Positions 27,143 through 32,000 of a stretch of 32,000 bases of DNA are shown one piece after another. The notes beneath the pieces were generated by a model. The model had not been told where the DNA came from and did not search any database. It worked only from the letters and a program-made list of their open reading frames with translations. This stretch comes from Bellilinea caldifistulae. GTDB taxonomy: Bacteria; Chloroflexota; Anaerolineae; Anaerolineales; Anaerolineaceae. The position numbers and the translations under genes were made by a program. The stretch's first letter is position 1; each line of letters opens with the position of its first letter. The stretch lies in the NCBI RefSeq assembly GCF_001306055.1, contig NZ_LGHJ01000012.1, forward strand, positions 270,001-302,000, given 5' to 3'.

Positions 27143-28081
27143 ATGTTTTGCGTCGTTTCTTTCATCGTCCTTTCCATCCTGAGTGTGTTCAGCGCCGAAA
27201 ATCGTTCACTGGCGCGCGAAGCGTTGGATTGTGTCCTGCGTCGGGTGACCCTGAGACCCTGCAACACTGGCTTTGACGAAAAGATGAAAGCCAAAATCCT
27301 CGGCTTTGTCATCACCAAAACCGAAACCGGCGCCCGCATTCTCAACCGCTTCTTTGAACCGCTCTCGTGGATGTTCATCCTCTTGTTTTTGGGCAGCGCC
27401 TTTTTTGCAGTGCGCGGGGTCTATCTTTTCTACGTTACCGGTTCCTGCAACGGATTGAACCAGAGCGGCTTTTGCGTATTTGACCCGACCGGGCAGTCCA
27501 ATCAGATTTCCAATGTGGGCGAAAGTTGTCCGGTAGTCCTGCCGGGTGAAGATCCAGTTTCGCTCAAAGGTGTCAACCTGAGCGGCTTCCCGGTTCTAAA
27601 CGGCGATTCGCAAAAGCGTATCGTCTTCATCGGCTCGTATGGCTGCGAGTATTCCCGCAAGGCGTATCCGGTGGTGCGACAACTGGCCGAAAAGAGCGGA
27701 GCCAGTTTCACCTTCCTTTACTACCCGGTCAAAGAAAGCAGCGATCTTCTGGCAAAAATCGGCTACTGCGCCTACCGCCAGGACGCGCAAAAATACTGGT
27801 CGCTGGTGGATAGCTTCTTCACCGCCGAGCGCAGTCAAATCGAAGATGAGGCGTTCATCCGCCAGACTTTGACCGAAGCAGGCTACAACCCGGAGACGAT
27901 TGCCTTTTGCGCCAACGACCCGCAAACCGAGTGGGCGGTCAAAAAACAGCTTGCCGAGGTGGTCAAAACCGGCTTCTTCGGAACACCCACCGTCTTCATC
28001 CAAAACGAGGTCCTGATTGGCCCGAAACCGCCGCGAGTCTACGCGATTGCACTGGACGGCCTGCTGTACTGGGCGCGCTGA
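27143..28081 (+). CDS. Membrane-anchored DsbA-like thioredoxin-fold protein with a CxxS (CEYS) active-site variant
   Basis: Start ATG 27143 is 2 nt after the desulfurase stop, with an AAGGTG SD. There is an N-terminal TM, a CX9C (CVLRRVTLRPC) and a second TM. The thioredoxin-like domain has IGSYGCEYSRKAYP and a cis-Pro loop FFGTPTVFI. The ORF-track extension to 27011 overlaps the upstream gene. Confidence 0.7.
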   Translation: MFCVVSFIVLSILSVFSAENRSLAREALDCVLRRVTLRPCNTGFDEKMKAKILGFVITKTETGARILNRFFEPLSWMFILLFLGSAFFAVRGVYLFYVTGSCNGLNQSGFCVFDPTGQSNQISNVGESCPVVLPGEDPVSLKGVNLSGFPVLNGDSQKRIVFIGSYGCEYSRKAYPVVRQLAEKSGASFTFLYYPVKESSDLLAKIGYCAYRQDAQKYWSLVDSFFTAERSQIEDEAFIRQTLTEAGYNPETIAFCANDPQTEWAVKKQLAEVVKTGFFGTPTVFIQNEVLIGPKPPRVYAIALDGLLYWAR

Positions 28082-28197
28082 TAAAATATTGATGTACACA
28101 AACGATTTTCTAATGTAAAATTAACGAAACAGGCTTACAATAAGAGGTCGTTGTTCAAGTTGCAAAGTGCAAGTTGTTTTATGAGGGAGTAAGTCGT

Positions 28198-28503
28198 ATG
28201 CCGGTCTATACCTATCGGTGTGAAAATTGTGGAGTTCAATTCGAACGCAATCAAAAGTTCAGTGAGCCGCCTCTGGCATGGTGCCCGGAATGCGGCAAGA
28301 AATCATTGCGGAAAGTTTACACCCCGGTGGGCATTGTCTTCAAAGGCTCCGGGTTCTACGCCACCGATCATCGCTCGCCATCCGGACAGGGGCGCACTTC
28401 CTCCAACGGCCACGGCGAAAGCAAATCCTCCGGCGAATCGAGTGCCTCCTCAACTTCTTCAGAGAAGAGCGATACTTCCACCGGCTCAACCACAACCTCG
28501 TAA
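28198..28503 (+). CDS. FmdB-family zinc-ribbon protein (CxxC-CxxC) with a Ser/Thr/Gly-rich tail
   Basis: MPVYTYRCENCGVQFERNQKFSEPPLAWCPECG...KVYTPVGIVFKGSGFY is the FmdB/CxxC_CxxC_SSSS signature. GGGAG SD 8 nt upstream of ATG 28198. Confidence 0.85.
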   Translation: MPVYTYRCENCGVQFERNQKFSEPPLAWCPECGKKSLRKVYTPVGIVFKGSGFYATDHRSPSGQGRTSSNGHGESKSSGESSASSTSSEKSDTSTGSTTTS

Positions 28504-28543
28504 CAGGGCAGGCATTGCCTTTGGGGCGGGGGCGTCCTGATTT

Positions 28544-28571
28544 GCCCGGATATTTCCGGGCTTTTTGTTTT
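28544..28571 (+). terminator. Rho-independent terminator after the FmdB-family gene
   Basis: GCCCGGA (28544-28550), loop TATT, TCCGGGC (28555-28561), followed by TTTTTGTTTT. Confidence 0.8.
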
Positions 28572-28672
28572 ATTATCGTGAGAGACTTTGATACCCCGGT
28601 GATAGTTTTTGGCAGAACCATTCCCCTACCATAAGCACGACCCATCTGATGGGGAGGGAATGCACGATTGCC

Positions 28673-28701
28673 TTGCAGGAAATGCCCAAAACCGTTACAA
28701 T
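28673..28701 (+). promoter_or_regulatory. Candidate promoter for the 46-aa membrane protein and large membrane protein genes
   Basis: TTGCAG (28673-28678), a 17-nt spacer, then TACAAT (28696-28701), 25 nt upstream of ATG 28726. Confidence 0.45.
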
Positions 28702-28725
28702 GAGGACGGTTTGTGGAGGAAACGT

Positions 28726-28866
28726 ATGTCGAAAGAAAGCAAGAAAAAACCAACACCTCGCGAAACACCCGAACAGCGTGCCGTGCGCATGCAGCGCCTG
28801 GTGTTTATCATTCTCTCGGTGATGATCATTCTGGCAATGGTTTTGTCAGTGGTTTCTACCCTCTAA
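28726..28866 (+). CDS. Small single-pass membrane protein (46 aa, Lys-rich N-terminus, C-terminal TM)
   Basis: GGAGGA SD 6 nt upstream of ATG 28726. Sequence is MSKESKKKPTPRETPEQRAVRMQRLVFIILSVMIILAMVLSVVSTL. The longer track ORF from 28609 would span the predicted promoter. Confidence 0.5.
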   Translation: MSKESKKKPTPRETPEQRAVRMQRLVFIILSVMIILAMVLSVVSTL

Positions 28867-28981
28867 TCAACCCCGCCCAGAATCGGTATTCCCCATCCCC
28901 ATCGGCAATCGGTCAGTCTGATACCCCATATAGCGGCAGTATGCGCCGTTAATGCCCACCCAACGATCAAGGAGATTACCG

Positions 28982-30559
28982 ATGATGCCGAAATCTTACA
29001 ATGCCTTTTGGATCACTGCCCTGTTGATTGCTGCAGGGGTTGATTTTCTATTCTGGGGTAAACCGGTTGGCGTATCCTTTCCAATCTGGACGCTGTTAGC
29101 GATCAGCGGTGCTTTGTTCTTGAATTTTCGACACGGCTCACACCCGGCACGGGCAAATATCGTGCTCGGCGGGATCATCCTCGCCCTGGCGTCTCTCACC
29201 TTCTTGCGCGCCGAGCCGCTCACCGCTGCCTTGGGGCTTTTACTGGCTCTGGCAGCGCTGATGCTTTGGGCTGTCACTCTGCCCAATGGTCACTGGCTGT
29301 ATTACACTCTCTGGGATACCCTACGAGCCGTCACCATTTTAGTCTTTGCCGCCCTCACCCGGTCATTTACTTTGCTCACCTCTCGAGACGATCCGCCCGA
29401 AAAACAACAGGCTTCCCCGCTTTCCCGCCAGGGCTGGGCTGTTTTGCGCGGCATTCTGCTGGCGCTACCGGTGGTGGGACTGCTGGCCTTGTTGTTGGCC
29501 TCGGCTGACCTGGTCTTTGCCCAACGGCTGCACTTGGCGCTGGATGCCCTGCGGCTGGAAAAATTACCGGAAACACTCTTCCGCCTTTTTTACATCGGAG
29601 TGTTGACCTTCATTTTCTGCGGGGTACTGCTGCATGCCGTCTTTCCGGCGCATGAGGTCAAACCATCTCCCAAAGAAAGTCGCTTTCTCTCCCCGTTTCT
29701 TGGCTGGACGGAAAGCAGCATTCTTCTGGGGAGTGTCAATGCGTTGTTTCTCTTCTTCGTGATTCTCCAATTCCGTTATCTGTTTGGCGGGCAGGCTAAC
29801 ATTCACGAAGCCGGTTTCACCTATGCCGAATACGCCCGCCGCGGTTTTGGGGAACTGGTGTGGGTGGCGATCATCACCCTCTCGCTGATTCTGACCTTGC
29901 ATACCATCAGCCGGCGCAATACCACTACCCGCCAGCGGGTCTTTGTCGCCCTGAACGTCCTGCTGATAGCCCTGGTGCTGGTTATCCTCGCTTCGGCTTA
30001 TCAGCGCCTGATCCTCTATGAACAGGCTTATGGGTTCACCCGCTTGCGAACCTATACCTATCTGTTCATCCCGTGGCTTGGCTTGTTGCTGCTGACCGTC
30101 TCAGGGTTGATCCTCAGTAATCAAATGCGGCGGATGGGCTTTGCGCTGATCTTCTTTGCTCTGGGATTTGGGTTGCTGCTGGGTATTTGGAATGTAGATG
30201 GCTGGGTTGCCCGCCAAAACATCCAGCGGGCGCTCAACGGTCAGGAGCTGGATGGGGATTACCTGCAAACCCTCTCTGCCGATGCGGTACCGGATTTGAT
30301 TCGACTGGCTCAGCAAAATCAATTACCAGCCTCGGCAAGAACGGAAATCCTCATTGGTCTGGCCTGCCGGGCTGGCCAGCCAAGCCCCGACAATCTACCA
30401 TGGCAGTCTTTCAACCTCAGCCAGCACCGTGCCGCCAGCCTGCTGGCCGCAAACGCCGGTTTGTGGCAGGACTACATCGTTCAACAAGACCGCAATGGTA
30501 TGTACGTCTTACACAACGGCCAGCGACGGTATTGCGGTTACGCCGAGCGGTTCGATTGA
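28982..30559 (+). CDS. Large polytopic membrane protein (DUF4153/DUF4173-like, about 525 aa)
   Basis: About 12 TM segments plus a C-terminal soluble region (GDYLQTLSADAVPDLIRLAQ). The family assignment is from memory only. Start chosen at ATG 28982, with an AAGGAG SD 7 nt upstream. The ORF is open from 28952. Confidence 0.6.
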   Translation: MMPKSYNAFWITALLIAAGVDFLFWGKPVGVSFPIWTLLAISGALFLNFRHGSHPARANIVLGGIILALASLTFLRAEPLTAALGLLLALAALMLWAVTLPNGHWLYYTLWDTLRAVTILVFAALTRSFTLLTSRDDPPEKQQASPLSRQGWAVLRGILLALPVVGLLALLLASADLVFAQRLHLALDALRLEKLPETLFRLFYIGVLTFIFCGVLLHAVFPAHEVKPSPKESRFLSPFLGWTESSILLGSVNALFLFFVILQFRYLFGGQANIHEAGFTYAEYARRGFGELVWVAIITLSLILTLHTISRRNTTTRQRVFVALNVLLIALVLVILASAYQRLILYEQAYGFTRLRTYTYLFIPWLGLLLLTVSGLILSNQMRRMGFALIFFALGFGLLLGIWNVDGWVARQNIQRALNGQELDGDYLQTLSADAVPDLIRLAQQNQLPASARTEILIGLACRAGQPSPDNLPWQSFNLSQHRAASLLAANAGLWQDYIVQQDRNGMYVLHNGQRRYCGYAERFD

Positions 30560-30588
30560 AACCCTCACAGGATTTTTTTTCGTAAAAT

Positions 30589-30604
30589 TGTCAGTTATCT
30601 GACA
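30589..30604. promoter_or_regulatory. Perfect 16-bp palindrome (candidate operator) in the carboxyltransferase upstream region
   Basis: TGTCAG-TTAT-CTGACA, lying in an AT-rich 231-bp intergenic region. Confidence 0.3.
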
Positions 30605-30719
30605 TTTAATCAAAAAAGGGGATGAAAATCAGGCAATTAATGGTATATTTTACGATATAAATCTGCCCTTTTGTTGACTAAAATAAATAAGTACATGGGC
30701 AGGCTTAACCTGTTCCATT

Positions 30720-30751
30720 GGGAAGCATTTGTCTTCCCTCTTTCTGTTTTC
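30720..30751 (+). terminator. Terminator-like hairpin inside the 5' leader of the carboxyltransferase gene (possible attenuator)
   Basis: GGGAAG (30720-30725), loop CATTTGT, CTTCCC (30733-30738), then TCTTTCTGTTTTC. It lies about 40 nt upstream of the ATG at 30791 and downstream of a TGgTATATT extended -10 at 30641-30649. Confidence 0.35.
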
Positions 30752-30790
30752 TACTTAAAATCCCAAACCCCCAAAAAGCGAGGATGCCTT

Positions 30791-32000
30791 ATGCCTGAAG
30801 AAGATCCCCGAATTCTTGAATTGCGCGAAATGCGCCAGAAGGCGCGGCTGGCCGGCGGCGAAGAGCGAATTGCCAAGCACAAAGCCAAAGGCAAACTGAC
30901 CGCCCGCGAACGCATCGAACAACTGCTCGATCCCGGTTCTTTCCACGAAATCGGCCTGTATGCCACCCATCGCAGTGAAGACCTGGGTATGACCGAAAAG
31001 TACCCCGGCGATGGCGTGATTACCGGTTACGGCACGGTGGACGGCCGCACCATTTACGTCTACGCACAGGACTTTACCGTGATGGGCGGTTCATTGGGTG
31101 AAACCCAGGGAAAGAAGATTGCCGCCATCATGGACATGGCGGCTGCGGCTGGTGCTCCCGTGATCGGTCTGATCGATTCCGGCGGGGCGCGCATCAATGA
31201 AGGTGTGCGCAGCCTGTACGGTTATGCCCAAATCTTCCAGCGCAACGCCTGGTATTCCGGCGTTATCCCTCAAATCAGCCTTGTGTTGGGGCCGTGCGCC
31301 GGAGGTGCTGCCTACTCCCCCGCCGTCACCGACATGATCATCATGGTTGAAAAGCAGTCCTTCATGTTCCTGACCGGCCCGGAGGTGATCAAGTCGGTTA
31401 CCGGTGAAGTAGTTGACACCGAAAGTCTGGGCGGCGCCGATGTGCATCTCGGCATTAGCGGTACGGCGCACATCAAGACCCAATCCGATGTGGAAGCCAT
31501 CGCCATGGCGCGCAAGGTGCTCAGCTACCTGCCCTCCAACAATGTCGAAAACCCGCCTTATGTGGATACCGGCGATGACCCCAACCGCATGGACAACTCC
31601 CTCAACACCATCGTCCCGCTGGACCCCTCCGAGCCGTACAACATGCATGAAGTCATCGAGAAGATCGTGGACAACGGCACCTTCATCGAATTACAGGCTC
31701 CGTTTGCCCGCAACGCCATCATCGGCCTGGCACGGATGGGCGGCTACACGGTCGGTATTGTCGCTCAGGAGCCGGCCTTCATGGCAGGATCCATGGATAT
31801 CGACTCCGCCGATAAAATTGCCCGCTTCGTTCAGTTCTGTGATTCGTTCAACATCCCGCTGGTAACCTTCTGCGATTCACCCGGCTTCCTGCCCGGCGTG
31901 GACCAGGAACACCGCGGCGTGATTCGCCACGGCGCCAAAGTGTTGTATTCCTACTCCAATGCCACCGTCCCGAAAATTCAAATCATCACCCGCAAGGCTT
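30791..32000 (+). CDS. Acyl-CoA carboxylase carboxyltransferase beta subunit (propionyl-CoA carboxylase beta / methylmalonyl-CoA carboxyltransferase 12S family), 5' partial, continues past the window
   Basis: My own translation of the open frame gives MPEEDPRILELREMRQKARLAGGEERIAKHKAKGKLTARERIEQLLDPGSFHEIG...GYGTVDGRTIYVYAQDFTVMGGSLGE...LVLGPCAGGAAYSPAVTDMIIMV...FCDSPGFLPG. GAGGA SD 8 nt upstream. No stop before 32000, which is why it is absent from the ORF track. Confidence 0.9.
   Translation, partial: MPEEDPRILELREMRQKARLAGGEERIAKHKAKGKLTARERIEQLLDPGSFHEIGLYATHRSEDLGMTEKYPGDGVITGYGTVDGRTIYVYAQDFTVMGGSLGETQGKKIAAIMDMAAAAGAPVIGLIDSGGARINEGVRSLYGYAQIFQRNAWYSGVIPQISLVLGPCAGGAAYSPAVTDMIIMVEKQSFMFLTGPEVIKSVTGEVVDTESLGGADVHLGISGTAHIKTQSDVEAIAMARKVLSYLPSNNVENPPYVDTGDDPNRMDNSLNTIVPLDPSEPYNMHEVIEKIVDNGTFIELQAPFARNAIIGLARMGGYTVGIVAQEPAFMAGSMDIDSADKIARFVQFCDSFNIPLVTFCDSPGFLPGVDQEHRGVIRHGAKVLYSYSNATVPKIQIITRKA

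Noticed and set aside
30546-30561. GGTTCGATTGAAACC, which superficially resembles a tRNA T-arm
   Set aside because: It lies at the very end of the large membrane protein CDS (codons AERFD plus stop). No acceptor, D or anticodon arms can be drawn around it.
1-32000. CRISPR arrays, tandem DNA repeats longer than 30 bp, rRNA/tRNA genes, toxin-antitoxin pairs, restriction-modification or other known defence modules
   Set aside because: Reading both strands, I saw no regularly spaced direct repeats, no cas, RT, nuclease or methylase signatures, and no cloverleaf-compatible sequences. A computational scan (CRISPR finder, tRNAscan, Rfam, DefenseFinder) would be needed to exclude them formally.

Overview
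The window looks like a mostly housekeeping chromosomal segment with a backbone GC of about 57-60% by eye. Strong GGAGG-type Shine-Dalgarno sites, a T-box leader and the gene content suggest a Chloroflexota (Anaerolineae-like) or high-GC Firmicutes-like organism; this is inference only, with no search run.

I support 28 protein-coding genes:
- a small membrane protein
- a SNF2 helicase with a SWIM zinc-finger partner (HelZ/YwqA-like)
- pheS-pheT, preceded by a clear T-box riboswitch with its own promoter and terminator/antiterminator
- an MFS transporter
- a roughly 3.2 kb low-GC (about 40%) insert encoding a YfhO-type GT-C membrane protein and an overlapping polytopic membrane protein
- a complete seven-gene mrpABCDEFG cation/proton antiporter operon
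- an NAD-dependent sugar epimerase
- a lipoprotein with four LGFP-like repeats
- a LysM lipoprotein
- a small LuxR-type regulator
- xseA-xseB
- a YuiD/PAP2-like protein
- a class-V cysteine desulfurase translationally coupled to a membrane-anchored DsbA-like protein with a CxxS site
- an FmdB zinc-ribbon protein
- a 46-aa membrane protein followed by a large DUF4153/DUF4173-like membrane protein
- the 5' part of an acyl-CoA carboxyltransferase beta subunit

I found no CRISPR array, tRNA/rRNA gene, transposase, integrase, reverse transcriptase, or recognisable defence, toxin or secretion module. I therefore cannot point to a convincing new system.

The most system-like unexplained elements are:
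- the compositionally foreign YfhO-like two-gene insert
- the functionally uncharacterised SNF2+SWIM operon, together with the unusually long noncoding spacer upstream of it
- the cysteine desulfurase / CxxS-DsbA pair

All promoter, terminator and RNA calls come from reading the sequence by eye and need computational confirmation.
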